A DNA stretch of 64,000 bases. It comes from Acidobacteriota bacterium (lineage in GTDB: Bacteria; Acidobacteriota; UBA890; WLXD01). The notes below the pieces were generated by a model, which saw only the letters and a list, made by a program, of their open reading frames with translations, ran no database searches and was not told the origin of the DNA. Numbering within the stretch: position 1 is the first letter of the stretch; the number at the start of each line of letters is the position of its first letter. Position numbers and translations under genes: made by a program. The stretch is from NCBI GenBank assembly GCA_963666215.2, contig CAXWPL010000005.1, forward strand, positions 896,001 to 960,000. Reading direction: 5' to 3'. Shown piece by piece: positions 1 to 10,729 of this stretch.

Positions 1-1
1 C

Positions 2-427
2 AAGTCCTGGGTCAGAGAGGCGCGCGGCAAGGTGCTCAAGGTCATCTCGCACCTGCTCAAGGACCTGCCTGACGAGAATTTCTACAACGTCATCTTCATG
101 CGCCGCGACCTCGACGAGGTCATCGCCTCGCAAAACAAGATGCTCGAGCGCCGCGGCGAGGACAATCCGATCGAGGATGAAAAGGCCAAGAACTACTACC
201 TGCGGCACCTCGTGCAGGTTCGATTCTTGGTCAAAGATCGCCCGAGCCTGGCCATGCTCGAGGTGCAGTATCGCGAGGCGCTCGAGCAGCCCGAAGAGTT
301 CGTCCGCAAGATCGATCAGTTTCTCGGCGGCGGCTACGACGTGAAAGCTATGGCCGACGTGGTTGATCGACAGCTGTATCGGAACCGCAAGCGGCAACTC
401 GAGAAAGACGCGAGCGCTAGCGGCTAG
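2..427 (+). CDS. Sulfotransferase-family protein, C-terminal part (runs off the window start)
   Basis: Open frame from nt 2; KVISHLL...YNVIFMRRDLDEVIASQ resembles the 3'-PB motif region of small bacterial sulfotransferase-like proteins. Confidence 0.65.
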   Translation, partial: KSWVREARGKVLKVISHLLKDLPDENFYNVIFMRRDLDEVIASQNKMLERRGEDNPIEDEKAKNYYLRHLVQVRFLVKDRPSLAMLEVQYREALEQPEEFVRKIDQFLGGGYDVKAMADVVDRQLYRNRKRQLEKDASASG

Positions 428-768
428 CGGCTGCCCACTCGCGCGGTCAGGCCAGCTTCGCCGGCAGCTCGGCCACCGAGGCCAGGACCAGAGCGGCTTC
501 CCGACGTCGCGCCGCAGGGTCGACCACGCTCCCCGTCGGCATCTCGCTGGCTCGGCCGCCGGCACCAAGGGTTGCTGCCGCTCTCGGCCAGAGCGGCGCG
601 CCCCTTCGACGTGGTATTGGTGAGGAAACGTAACTGTAGCGAGGTTTCGCGCAGCCTCGCCATAGCGCTTGCCGCTCCGGCTATCGGCATCTCGTTGTCG
701 TAGAGCGTGCCGTCGAGATCGAAGACCACGCCCCGAACTCGATTACGCGTCGTCGTCAAGAGCGTCAA
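424..768 (-). pseudogene. HAD-IIA (NagD/LHPP-like) hydrolase with a large internal deletion
   Basis: N-terminal VFDLDGTLY and FLTNTT motifs; a HAD-like C-terminus (LVLASVAELPAKLA*) lies in another frame only about 120 nt later. Confidence 0.65.
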
Positions 769-1129
769 CCTGAAGGCGATACCGTTGCGACCCGTGCGAA
801 GAAGCCGGCCGACGAATACACGCCATCTCGAACCCTGACGAGAACCTCGTTGCGGCCCAGCTCGAGCGCGACCGCGTCCCCGGGCGGATGATCCGGGTTC
901 ATGCCGAAGTCGTACCAGGCGTAGGGGTCGGTATCGCCGTAACCGCGGAAGCGACCATTGATCCAGATTGCCAGCGCGTCGGTGGTGCTGAACTCCAGCC
1001 GCGCGCTCGTGCCGACCTCCACGTCGATCGTCGTCGCCAGGTAGGCAACGGCTCGCGCGCCGACGAAATCAACCACCCGGCCAGTAAGAATCGCACCGCG
1101 TATTTGCCTCCGCTCGCTCTCACCCCCAT
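765..1129 (-). pseudogene. Internally deleted relative of the adjacent secreted beta-sandwich protein
   Basis: ATG at 1129 overlaps the upstream stop and encodes a signal-like MGVRASGGKYAVRFLL; the sequence then shifts frame into a domain (STTDALAIWING...LELGRNEVLVRV...AGFFARV) resembling the C-terminus of 1129-2346. Confidence 0.5.
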
Positions 1130-2346
1130 CAGTCTCTGCCGCGACTCAGCGGCCCGATGGGCAGAATTCCCAGGCCGTCGCGGTCGTCGATGCGGCCGAT
1201 CAAGCCCCAGCCTCCGAAGGTTTCGGTCACTGCGACCACGAGGGCGTTGTCACCGGCGTTGAGTTGCAGATACAGCGACGCTTGATCGAGTGTGATGAGC
1301 CCCTGCCGGCGCGGAAAGTTGAAGCTGTAGCCGTTGCGAGCCGAATAGATCAATTGGTTGTTGAGGAACACGCTGACATCATCGCTGAAGCCCCGATCGA
1401 GCCGCTTGATCTGTGCAGAAGAGGATCGCAGCAGCAACCGCGCCAGCACGCCGTGGCGGCCGTCCTGTTGTAATCGCGCCCGATGGCGATCGAAGAGCAG
1501 GACACCCGAGGCGTCGACGGCCGTGCTGTCCCAGTTACCGTCCACGATGACCTCGGGAAGTCTGGTGACGGGCTCGTCGTTGTCCACCAGGAACAGCTCG
1601 GACATCGCCCAGCGTCCAAGGATGCCGAGCGAGCGCGTCGGCGTCCGCGACGGCGGAAATCGATAGTTCGTGTCGCCCCGTATCCGCAGGTTCGCCACCG
1701 CCACCGGATAGGAGTCCGTCAGGCCGGCGCTCGGAAAGTTGCTCCACAACTCGATGGTCCCGGAGCGCGGTCCGCGGGCCAGCTGTGGAACGATGAGCTG
1801 CGGGCTCTCTGCTTCTCCAACGAATACCGCTGCCCGCGTGCCTTCAACGACCAGTCGAACGTGCACCCACTCGTCGTGCGCGAACGCGGCAGCCGCTGTG
1901 TAGCCCTCACCGTGATAGATCTGCCAGTTACCGACGCCCTGGAAGGCAGGTGTGTACTGCAGCGCATCGGGCGAGCCCGACTTGTGACCGCGCAGATAGA
2001 TCTCCTCACGGGCACGGTCCGATACAACTCGGAAGCGAATTCCGAGGAAAGCGCGATCACCGGTCAGAGCGACGTCAAAGTCGATCGTTCCGTCCAACAG
2101 CTCCAACGCGGGGAGGCTGGCCTCGGCGTTCCGCATTCGCAATGCGGTCTCGCCCAGAAACGTCTCGACCTTGGCGTCGCCTTCGATCTGCCACTCCTGC
2201 TGATCGAAGGCCAGATCCTGGGCCGGCGCGACCTGCACTCCAGCCTCGACACGGTGCCCAGGTTGGACAAAGACCGTCCCCAGCGCAGCGACCACGGAAC
2301 ACAGGTTGCCGGCCGCTCTTGTTGGATTCATGCCCGACGCGCTCAT
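1129..2346 (-). CDS. Secreted protein with an N-terminal DUF1080/LamG-like domain and a C-terminal beta-sandwich domain
   Basis: DGTIDFDV, ALQYTP, EWVHVRLVVEG..AAVFV and FSDDVSVFLN...LNAGDNALVV...GGWG patterns; hydrophobic N-terminus. Confidence 0.6.
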   Translation of the reverse strand: MSASGMNPTRAAGNLCSVVAALGTVFVQPGHRVEAGVQVAPAQDLAFDQQEWQIEGDAKVETFLGETALRMRNAEASLPALELLDGTIDFDVALTGDRAFLGIRFRVVSDRAREEIYLRGHKSGSPDALQYTPAFQGVGNWQIYHGEGYTAAAAFAHDEWVHVRLVVEGTRAAVFVGEAESPQLIVPQLARGPRSGTIELWSNFPSAGLTDSYPVAVANLRIRGDTNYRFPPSRTPTRSLGILGRWAMSELFLVDNDEPVTRLPEVIVDGNWDSTAVDASGVLLFDRHRARLQQDGRHGVLARLLLRSSSAQIKRLDRGFSDDVSVFLNNQLIYSARNGYSFNFPRRQGLITLDQASLYLQLNAGDNALVVAVTETFGGWGLIGRIDDRDGLGILPIGPLSRGRD

Positions 2347-2375
2347 CCGCTCATCCCTTTCTCGAGTCCACCCAT

Positions 2376-3095
2376 CTACGGCCGCTCCCCGCTGTTCACG
2401 TCGCCATCGTCGCCGGTGAAGTACGGCATTGTGGCGTGCCCAACGGCACTGATTCCCCTCCGAAGGATCACCTGCCCGAGCGTGCTGGCCAGAATCCTGA
2501 GATCGAGGGCCAGGCTCCCATTGTCGACATACCAAACGTCGTGTTCGAACTTCTCGTTCCACGAAATCGCGTTGCGGCCGTTGATTTGGGCCCATCCCGT
2601 GATACCGGGTAGCACCTCGTGCCGCCGTTTCTGAATCGACGAGTATCGAGGCAAGTACTCCATCAGGAGCGGTCGAGGTCCCACCAGGCTCATCTCGCCT
2701 CGGAAGATGTTGACCAATTCCGGCAACTCGTCAACGCTTGTTGCCCGCAAGAAGCTTCCGAGCCGGGTCAACCGTTCGCTGTCCGGCAGTTGGCGGCCGC
2801 GAGAATCCCGCAAGTCGCGCACGGTGCGGAACTTGTATAGATGGAATGGCTTGCCACGAAGCCCCGGCCGGAGTTGCCGCAAGAAAACCGGGCGACCCAT
2901 GAAAACCAAAACGAGGCAGGCGACGAGGGCGATGACGGGCGCTGTCAACAGGAGAGCGACCGTAGCTCCCAGCCAGTCGAGAGTGCGCTTCTGCCACCGA
3001 GGGTAGCGCCGAGAGATCGCGCGTTCGTAGCTGGGCAACCCCCGAGAACGAGGCCCCCGGCCCGACCCCGAGCGGCCGCGCTGTTCCGTCATCAC
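2376..3095 (-). CDS. Bacterial sugar transferase (PglC/EpsL/WcaJ-type phosphoglycosyl transferase)
   Basis: KRTLD, YKFRT, LRATSVDELPEL, GEMSLVGPRP, PGITGWAQINGRN and DVWYV motifs. Confidence 0.93.
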   Translation of the reverse strand: MMTEQRGRSGSGRGPRSRGLPSYERAISRRYPRWQKRTLDWLGATVALLLTAPVIALVACLVLVFMGRPVFLRQLRPGLRGKPFHLYKFRTVRDLRDSRGRQLPDSERLTRLGSFLRATSVDELPELVNIFRGEMSLVGPRPLLMEYLPRYSSIQKRRHEVLPGITGWAQINGRNAISWNEKFEHDVWYVDNGSLALDLRILASTLGQVILRRGISAVGHATMPYFTGDDGDVNSGERP

Positions 3096-3844
3096 GGCGC
3101 GCCAGGGCGCCGTTGCAATGCGAAGGCCTGAATAGGCGCGTAATTCCCAGCCGGTGGTAGAAACGAAAAGAACTTCACGAACTCGCTATTGCGCACCCAG
3201 TCCCCGCGCGTCAGGAGCGGATGGAGCACTCGCGCCACGAAAAAGTGGGAGCTGAGGAAATTGCTCTGCAGGATCTTTGTTTCCCGATCCGGATCGAAAG
3301 ATGCGAGGTCGACGACTTCGAACCAATCGTTAATGTCGCGGAAGAGCTCGTTCTTCTTGAGGTAGAGGTTGTGGTGTGCCGGTTCGATCGCTTCGAGTCC
3401 CATCTCGACACGAGCCTTGTTGTTGTTCTGCAAACCATCGTCGAAACACTCGACCATCAGATAGTGGCCCGCGGGTCGCAGAATTCGCCCGATCTCCCGG
3501 ACAGCTTCGAGCTGAGCCGCGTAGTCGAGGATATTGATCAGGCACCGCTCGGTGTAGACGACATCAAAATAGCCATCTGGGAAGGGTGCTCGTCGAACAT
3601 CCCCTACCTGAATGATGCAACCCTCCAGCTGACGTGCCTGAGCGATCTCCGCGAGCTCCTCGGTGAACTCGAGCCCTTGCAGCTCACACTCGGCGTGTGT
3701 CCGTGACAGGCAATCCAGCGTGTAGCCATTCCCGCATCCTGCATCCAGGACACGTAGGGTTCCTCGGCCCGAGTTGATCCGTATCGTTTCCAGGAACCTG
3801 CCGATGAGCTGAACCTCTTTCGAGCGCACGACTTCCTCGCGCAT
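3092..3844 (-). CDS. Class I SAM-dependent methyltransferase
   Basis: VLDAGCGNG motif I, FDVVYTERCLIN, RILRPAG; overlaps the start of the sugar transferase. Confidence 0.85.
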   Translation of the reverse strand: MREEVVRSKEVQLIGRFLETIRINSGRGTLRVLDAGCGNGYTLDCLSRTHAECELQGLEFTEELAEIAQARQLEGCIIQVGDVRRAPFPDGYFDVVYTERCLINILDYAAQLEAVREIGRILRPAGHYLMVECFDDGLQNNNKARVEMGLEAIEPAHHNLYLKKNELFRDINDWFEVVDLASFDPDRETKILQSNFLSSHFFVARVLHPLLTRGDWVRNSEFVKFFSFLPPAGNYAPIQAFALQRRPGAP

Positions 3845-4071
3845 CGTCGAGCGCGGCGAGGCGCCACATTCTTCGGCCTCGCGACGGTAATGCTCCCTGA
3901 TCAGAGTGTCGTAGCCCTCCGCCTGGCCCCCGCGTCCGTTCGCTTTCGCGTCTCCAAAAGCCGTACCCGGCTGTCCAACCTCCTAGCGAAAACGTCAGGC
4001 AACGGCGAACCGACCGCGGTTCTCTGATACGCGACGTCGGCGCGGGCCAGACGGCCGCCAACCGCTGCAGT

Positions 4072-4668
4072 TTACGCGGTCGGCCGAGCGGCGGAGGCGC
4101 GACGATGTCGCACGATGGCTGCTAACAGCAACAACCCGACCAACCCCAGCCCTAGCCAGAGCGCGCCGCCAGCGCTGCCGGAGTCTCGCAGGAACTCGTG
4201 AAGGCCAGAACCGGTCGCGCTGAACGCGATGGCACCGGGGGCAATACCCACGGCAGTCGTCCACACGAACGTACGCCGGCGCAGTGTTGTGAGACCCGCG
4301 GCCCAGTTGACCGCGGTGAACGCGACCGTGGGCACGAGGCGCAGCAGGAGCAGCGCCGGCCAGCCGGCGGTCAACGCGGCGGCGTCGGCCCTCTCGAGCC
4401 AGCGTGGCGGAACGAACCTGGCGCAGAGTGGCCGGCCACCGCGGCGAGCGATCTCGAAGCTGATCTGCGCGCCGACCAGAGCGAAGAACCAGGTGACCAA
4501 CGAGCCCCACCACGGGCCGAACGCCATACCGTTGACCACCGCGGGAATCTCGGCGGGGATCGGCAAGATCGCCACCACCACGGTGAACAGCGGCGCAGCC
4601 AGGTAGACGAGGTCGCCGGAGCTCTCAATCCAGCTTCCGAGATCCTCCAACACGGCGTAACCGTCCAC
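4072..4668 (-). CDS. VTT/DedA (TVP38/TMEM64) membrane protein
   Basis: GMAFGPWWG, FEIARRGGR and LRLVPTVAFTAVNWAAG motifs; multiple TM segments. Confidence 0.85.
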   Translation of the reverse strand: MDGYAVLEDLGSWIESSGDLVYLAAPLFTVVVAILPIPAEIPAVVNGMAFGPWWGSLVTWFFALVGAQISFEIARRGGRPLCARFVPPRWLERADAAALTAGWPALLLLRLVPTVAFTAVNWAAGLTTLRRRTFVWTTAVGIAPGAIAFSATGSGLHEFLRDSGSAGGALWLGLGLVGLLLLAAIVRHRRASAARPTA

Positions 4669-4906
4669 GGGGATGGCGGGGTGGCGGGATCACAAGCAGG
4701 CCAGGGGTCGCGAACCCCCTGCTTCCGGGCGCGTCGACCTACGCCGCGCCCGTCTCCGACTCAGTCCGACGAGTCTACCGCAGCGCCGAAGCTACCCGGC
4801 GAGTCGTTGGCCGAACGGACGCGATTGCGGGCGAACGGCCGTGATCAGGTCGCGCTCGGCCGCTCCCGTGCCGTGTGCCAGGCCTGTGGGTGATCGTCTG
4901 GACGCA

Positions 4907-7616
4907 CTATTCCAAACGCAGGGCCGTGATCGGATCGACCCGCGTCGCTCGGTAGGCCGGCATGCAGCTGGCTATCAGCCCCACCGTCAGCACCAGCAAG
5001 CCGACCGCTACCAGCGTGGCGGGATCGTGTGGAGTCACCTCGAAGAGCAACGTCGCCATCAACGCCCGCGCCGCCCAAAACGCCAACAGCAAGCCGAGCA
5101 CGACGCCGGCGCCGACGCGGGCCATGCTCGAGCGCACGACCAAACGAAGTACCTCGCCCCGCGCGGCACCAAGCGCCAACCGGATGCCAAACTCCCGGGT
5201 CCGCTGCGCCACCGAGTAGGCGACCACACCGTAGACGCCGACCGTACCCAACAGCAGCCCAACGGCGGCAAACGCGGCAAGCAGCAGCAGCGTGAAGCGC
5301 GGCTGGGAGACGATCCCCGCGACAGCTGTCTCCATCGTCTGCAGACCATTGATCGGCAGATCCGGATCGATCGTCCAAACTCTTTGTCGTGCCGCGGCGG
5401 CCAGGGCAAGCGGGTCGCCGCTCGTGCGGATTGCGATGCCGAGGTCGCGATCGAGCCAAGGGCCTCCCGTTTGGACCTCGATGTGCGGCAGGTAAATTCC
5501 CGGCCGCGGCGGCACTCCCGGGCCGCGATTGAGATGGTCCCCCACGACACCGACAACCGTCCTCCAGGTCGTGTCGGTGTTCATCAGCAGCCGCTTGCCG
5601 AGCACTTCCTCGTCGGGCCAGTAGAGCCGAGCCATCGTCTCGGTAACGATCACCGCCGGCGCCGCCACGGCGTCCTCGGGAAGGAACCTCCGGCCGCGCA
5701 GAAGCGGCAAGCCGACGGCCTCGAAATAGTCGCCCACCACGTTGGCGTAGTCGGGCCCCGGGAGGTCGGGGTCGGGCTCGCGACCCTCGACCTGCACGCC
5801 CCAGTTCGACGGGAACCGAATCAGCGGTAGCCAGCTCACCGCCCCGGCCGATTCGACACCGGGCAACGCAGCCACGTCGCCAACCAGTCTCTCGAAGAAG
5901 CCCGTGACGTCGTCGTTAGCCGGGTAGCGCGCGGCAGGAACAAACACGTTGAAGGTCAACCAACGCTGGGTCTCGATGCCGAGATCAACTCGGGTGAGCC
6001 GCCAGAAGCTGCGCGCCATGAGCCCTGCGCCGCTCATGAGGACGAACACGAGGGCCACCTCGGCAACCGCCAGGCCGCCACGGTAGCGCCCCGCGGCCGC
6101 GGAGTGCGTCGAACCGCGATCGCTGCCACCGAGTGATCGAGCCAGGCTCGTACGTCCGGCCCCCAGCGCCGGCACGAGCCCGAATAGCAGGCCAGTCGCG
6201 AGAGTGATCGCCAGCGCAAACACTAGAACATTGCCGTCGAGTTGAATCTCAGCGCTTCGCGGCATGCTGCCTGGCACGAGAGCCATCAGCCCATCGAAGG
6301 TCACGCTCGTAACGATGAGCCCGAACGCTCCGCCAAGCAGCGCGAAGAGCGTGCTCTCGACGAGCAGCTGGCGGACCACGCGCCCGCGTCCCGCGCCGAG
6401 CGCGAAGCGCAGCGCCACTTCACGCTGTCGAGATTCGGCGCGTGCCATCAGGAGGTTGGCAACATTCGTGCACGCGATCAACAGTAGCAATCCCACGGCA
6501 CCGAGCAGGGCCATCAGGGTCGGACGCATGGAGCCGACCATCACGTCGCGCAGCGGTTGAACCCGCGCAACGTGCGTCCCGTCGTGCTCGGGATGGTCGG
6601 CCAGCACGCCGGCGATAACGGCGTCGATTCTTTTGGTCGCTTGCTCGATACCGGTTTCGGGCCGCAACTTGCCGGTGATCGAGCTGCTGTGCGACAGGAA
6701 GTTGGGCGGCGGCGTGCTCGCTGGGTCGAGCGCGAGCGGCAGCCAGACGTCGGTTCCCGGGAAGTAGTCGAACCCCGCGGGCATGATGCCGACGATCGTC
6801 CGTTTGGCGCCATCCACCTGCAGCAGCGCGCCAACGGCTTCGGGGGGCTCCGCCGAGCAACCGCCGCCAAACGCCGTGACTGATCACCACCACAGCATCC
6901 GCGCCGGCGGCGTCTTCCTCGGGCAGAAACGTTCGTCCGTCGGCAGCCGCAACACCGAAGACGTCGAAGAAGTCGTGCATCACGTACGCCGCTGATACCT
7001 GCAGCGGCTCGTCACCGCCACTCAGATTGACGAAGTCGAGCGTGAACCCGGCGATCGACTCGAATACCTCCCCCAGACGATCATCGTCCAGGTAGGCAAC
7101 AATCTCGCCCGGCGAGATCGGGTTGCGGTATTGCCGGTTTTCGGCGTCGCCGTTCCAAACCCGCACAATGCGCTCAGCGTCCTCGTACGGCAGCGGACGC
7201 AGCAGCACACCGTTCACCACGCTGAAAATCGCCGTGTTGGCACCGATCCCGAGCGCCAACGTCAGTACGACGATCGCCGTGAAGCCAGGGTTCAGCCGCG
7301 CCCAGCGAAGCGCGAAGCGAAGATCCGTCAAACAGGACAGGAGCATGTTGCTCAGCCCGGTCGCACTCGCCGAGCGCCCCGCCCTAGCGTGATCCGATTG
7401 AGCGCGGCCGGCGCCGCGCCCGGGGCGAAGAACAGGTGCGATCGAGGCCAGCGTCTGGCGCCAGAACCAGCGGCGCGCCTGGCTGGTCTCACTGGCGGCG
7501 GCGAGCTCGGCATGCTTCTCGGCCAGATCGCCCAGCACCTGATCACGAATGTCACGTGGCAGAATGCTCTGCAGAAACAGCGAAGCCAGCCGCGGCGGAT
7601 GGATGTTGCGCTTCAT
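4907..7616 (-). CDS. ADOP-type (MacB/FtsX duplicated) ABC permease, frameshifted at the G6 run 6842-6847
   Basis: DLRFALR...[35 protein letters not shown] in ORF 6420-7616; [12 protein letters not shown]...[15 protein letters not shown] and [17 protein letters not shown] in ORF 4907-6817. Confidence 0.9.
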
Positions 7617-7990
7617 CGCGAGCTCCTCGCGGCCTTCGACGGGGTCGTCTCCAGAGAGCCAAGAGTCTCCACATTGAGGTCGATGCCGGCCCAGAAGCTG
7701 TCCAGCTGCTCGCGTGAGCGACGTAGCGCCTGCAATCCAGCTTCCTCGATGTTGAAGAACTTCTTGGCTCGTCCTCCACGAACAGGAGTTGCCTCGCCGA
7801 GAGACGCCGAAAGGTAGCCCTTGCCCTCGAGGCGCGAAAGGGTCACGTAAACCGCCGTAACCGCGACCTCGCGTGGACTGCGCCGCCCGATCTCTTCGTG
7901 AATCGCCTTGCCGTAAGCGTTATCGCCGAGCCGTAGCAAAGCGAGCAGGACAATCTGTTCGAACTCGCCGAGGTACCCGTGGGTTCCCAT
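7613..7990 (-). CDS. PadR-family transcriptional regulator (acidobacterial PadR/ADOP type)
   Basis: [39 protein letters not shown]; ATGA overlap with the permease. Confidence 0.92.
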   Translation of the reverse strand: MGTHGYLGEFEQIVLLALLRLGDNAYGKAIHEEIGRRSPREVAVTAVYVTLSRLEGKGYLSASLGEATPVRGGRAKKFFNIEEAGLQALRRSREQLDSFWAGIDLNVETLGSLETTPSKAARSSR

Positions 7991-8036
7991 TCTGCCTCCG
8001 AACATCGTTACGGCCGGCGGACTCGCTGACCCCTAT

Positions 8037-8068
8037 CTTCAACATCGTTTACTTAAACATTGTTTAAG
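8037..8068. promoter_or_regulatory. Palindromic operator CTTAAACA-T-TGTTTAAG with an adjacent degenerate copy; probable PadR site
   Basis: Perfect 8-bp inverted repeat at 8052-8068, preceded by CTTCAACATCGTTTAC, in the AT-rich divergent gap upstream of padR. Confidence 0.65.
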
Positions 8069-8107
8069 AAGTTCCGCAAGGGCCGGCTCCTGCTAACCTC
8101 GGCGCCC

Positions 8108-8857
8108 ATGAATCCTGACCCCGAACCTGCCGCGAGCACCCCACTGACCGCGGTCATCTGGGACTTCGACGGCACCCTCGTCGATACCCGCCCGCGCAAC
8201 CTGAGCGTGACTCGCCGTATCGCAGCCGCGCTACTCGGCGCGGACCCTCTGGCCATACCCGCCCTCGCCTCGCAGGAGGCGTACGACGCCGCGCTCGTGA
8301 AGCACCGCACGTGGCGCGACTTCTATCGTCAGGATCTCCGCCTGAACGACAAACAAGTCGGGCGCGCGGCAGCTCTTTGGGGCGAGGTCCACCTCAGCGA
8401 CGTCACGCGATGCGAGCCTTTCGACGGCATGCCACGCGTGCTCGAGCAATTCGGTCATCTGCCGCAGGGCATCGTGTCGAACAACTCGGGCGTCAATATC
8501 AGGGTGATGCTGCGCGACCTCGACCTCGACCATCATTTCAGCCGCGTCGTCGGCTACGAGGGACTCGACGCAAGAACCGAGAAGCCGCACCCACAGGTGC
8601 TGATCGACTGCATCGGTCACCTTACCGACCACGCGCCGGGACGCGTGCTTTACGTGGGCGATCATGAGACCGACATGGAGTGCGCGCTCAACGCCAATGC
8701 TCGATTCCGAGAGAAGAAGATCCCCGTCGAGGTGACCGCGGTCGGCGCGCTCTACGGACCCCACGTCGACGACAGCACCTGGAGCGCATCGCCCTACTAC
8801 CGCGCGTTGACACCCGAGACAATCCTCGACATCGCCCAGGCGATTACCGGACCGTAA
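8108..8857 (+). CDS. HAD-IA hydrolase (phosphoglycolate phosphatase-like)
   Basis: VIWDFDGTLVDT, GIVSNN, KPHP, YVGDHETDMECA. Confidence 0.85.
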   Translation: MNPDPEPAASTPLTAVIWDFDGTLVDTRPRNLSVTRRIAAALLGADPLAIPALASQEAYDAALVKHRTWRDFYRQDLRLNDKQVGRAAALWGEVHLSDVTRCEPFDGMPRVLEQFGHLPQGIVSNNSGVNIRVMLRDLDLDHHFSRVVGYEGLDARTEKPHPQVLIDCIGHLTDHAPGRVLYVGDHETDMECALNANARFREKKIPVEVTAVGALYGPHVDDSTWSASPYYRALTPETILDIAQAITGP

Positions 8858-8969
8858 GGAATCGCTTCCATCTCCCGACGGACTCGCAGCATGTGCACCT
8901 TCAAGCATTCGGCCGGCGGCCTGGGCGAGTACCCCAATCCACAACAACAACGCGCAGGAGCGCCGCCTG

Positions 8970-9593
8970 ATGTCTCTCACCGTCCAATCACGCTCCGATC
9001 GAGTCCGTTTCGACTCGCTTGCCACGCCGAGAGCCGCCGCGGCCCTTCCCGCGTGGCTCGCGTGGCTCTCTGTGCTCCCTCTTGTGGCAGTAGCCACAAA
9101 CAGCAACGCCACCGAGCTGGCGAGCGGGGGCGCGCTGGATCCTCGCATCGGAGGGCAAGAAACACCGAGCGACCTGCCCGCGGCGATCGTGGCGTCGGTG
9201 GCGCAGCTCGAGTGGTTGGCCGGCCGCTGGCGTGGGACCTTCGGCGATTCACCGTATGTGGAAGACCGCACCAGCGCGGCTGGCGGCATGATGCTGTGGA
9301 TGGCCAAGACTTTCCGCAATGAAAGCCTTGTCTTCTTCGAGTTCGGCGCCTTCGTCGATGTCGACGGCGGGGTGCTGATGACCCCCTACCCGCGCGGCCA
9401 GCAAGCCGCCAGCTTCACGCTTGTCGAGCTCGAGACCTCGCCACCTCGCGCCGTCTTCGACAATCCCGACAACGACTTCCCTACCCGCTTTGTCTATGAA
9501 CTGACGGGAGACAACAGCATGCGCATCACGCTGCTCGGCGCGGAAGGCGAGGCTGGACGGACCCAGCGCCTGGATCTCGAGCGCCTGCCCTGA
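8970..9593 (+). CDS. DUF6265-like secreted protein
   Basis: LEWLAGRWRG, GGMM, FFEF and VFDNPDNDFPTRFVY patterns; signal peptide. Confidence 0.7.
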   Translation: MSLTVQSRSDRVRFDSLATPRAAAALPAWLAWLSVLPLVAVATNSNATELASGGALDPRIGGQETPSDLPAAIVASVAQLEWLAGRWRGTFGDSPYVEDRTSAAGGMMLWMAKTFRNESLVFFEFGAFVDVDGGVLMTPYPRGQQAASFTLVELETSPPRAVFDNPDNDFPTRFVYELTGDNSMRITLLGAEGEAGRTQRLDLERLP

Positions 9594-9617
9594 AACCTCC
9601 GTGCTGCGGCGGGTGAG

Positions 9618-10385
9618 CTACATCTCCCACAGGCGAACTCGACGGCGACAACCCTCGCAGCACGCCGCAGCCACGTAGTCGCCAGCCCGGTCGCAACGCG
9701 GCAGAGAAACGAAGCTCCATCGCTCAGGGTCGTCTCCATCCATGTCGGTCCACGCCAGCCGTGGCGGCTCACTTGTCAGGTCGAGTCCGAAAGAGCGCGG
9801 CGGCAGCGACAGCCCGGTTCCGATTGCCTTCAGGTAGGCTTCCTTCAACGTCCACGTGCGGTAGAACGCCTCGCGCCACTCCGCGGGCGGCCGACTCAGC
9901 ACCACCTCACCTTCCTCGGGAACGAAGAATCGCCGCGCCAGGCGCTCAAACGGGCGTTCGGCGCGAGCATGCTCTACGTCGACTCCAAGCTCGGCTCCGG
10001 GTGCCACGCCGATCAGCGCCAGCTCGTGCGAGTGCGAGAGGTTGAACCCGAGCGTCTGTCCCGCCGCGAGCTCTACCAGGTAGGGCTTGCCGTGGTCGCC
10101 GTACGAGAACTGGATGTCGGCGGGCGGCCGGTCGATGTAACGCGCTAGCACGCGACGCAGAGCGTTCTGGCCGGCCGCGAACTGCTCGCGCTTGGCGTCG
10201 ATACGTAGCCGTTCGAGCCGCGCCCGCTCGCGCTCACCCAGCAGTCCGAGGTCGACAGCGAGATCGGCCAACGGAACGCGCCACAGGTCGAGCTCCGTCG
10301 CGTCCGGCGGCCGCCAATCCGACGCACTCCGCCAGCGCCCAGGGTGCTCATCCACCACCCCCGAGACCTCGCTGTGGCGGCTCAT
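9618..10385 (-). CDS. Sfp-type 4'-phosphopantetheinyl transferase
   Basis: GKPYL, FNLSHS, LGVDVE, FYRTWTLKEAYLKAIGTG. Confidence 0.93.
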   Translation of the reverse strand: MSRHSEVSGVVDEHPGRWRSASDWRPPDATELDLWRVPLADLAVDLGLLGERERARLERLRIDAKREQFAAGQNALRRVLARYIDRPPADIQFSYGDHGKPYLVELAAGQTLGFNLSHSHELALIGVAPGAELGVDVEHARAERPFERLARRFFVPEEGEVVLSRPPAEWREAFYRTWTLKEAYLKAIGTGLSLPPRSFGLDLTSEPPRLAWTDMDGDDPERWSFVSLPRCDRAGDYVAAACCEGCRRRVRLWEM

Positions 10386-10729
10386 GGCTCGTTTCCCATC
10401 TCTGCAGACTCTCCGACGGCCCCAGTCGTTCGTTTCAAATCACCCGACGTGTCGAGCAGACTCGTGTTGGGCCCACCGTCTCGACCATCTCGCCACTGCC
10501 CACGGTCGCGGTCGAGGCATCGTACACCGGCGGCCTCGGCGGGAATCGAGCGGACAACCGCGGCCAGATCGGGACAGTGAACCACCGACTGCCATCTGCG
10601 CTCGGCTACACTCGGCGCCCTGTTCCCTCACCTTCCAGAGTCGCGCCGAACGACTCCGCTCACCAAGCTGAGCGTGTTGCGCAAGGCGAGAACGACCGCG
10701 GTGGACGAAGCTCTCGAGCGAGTCAACTC

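Noticed and set aside
9618-10385. Sfp-type PPTase as a marker of a biosynthetic gene cluster
   Set aside because: No NRPS, PKS or carrier-protein genes in the window; stand-alone PPTases are common
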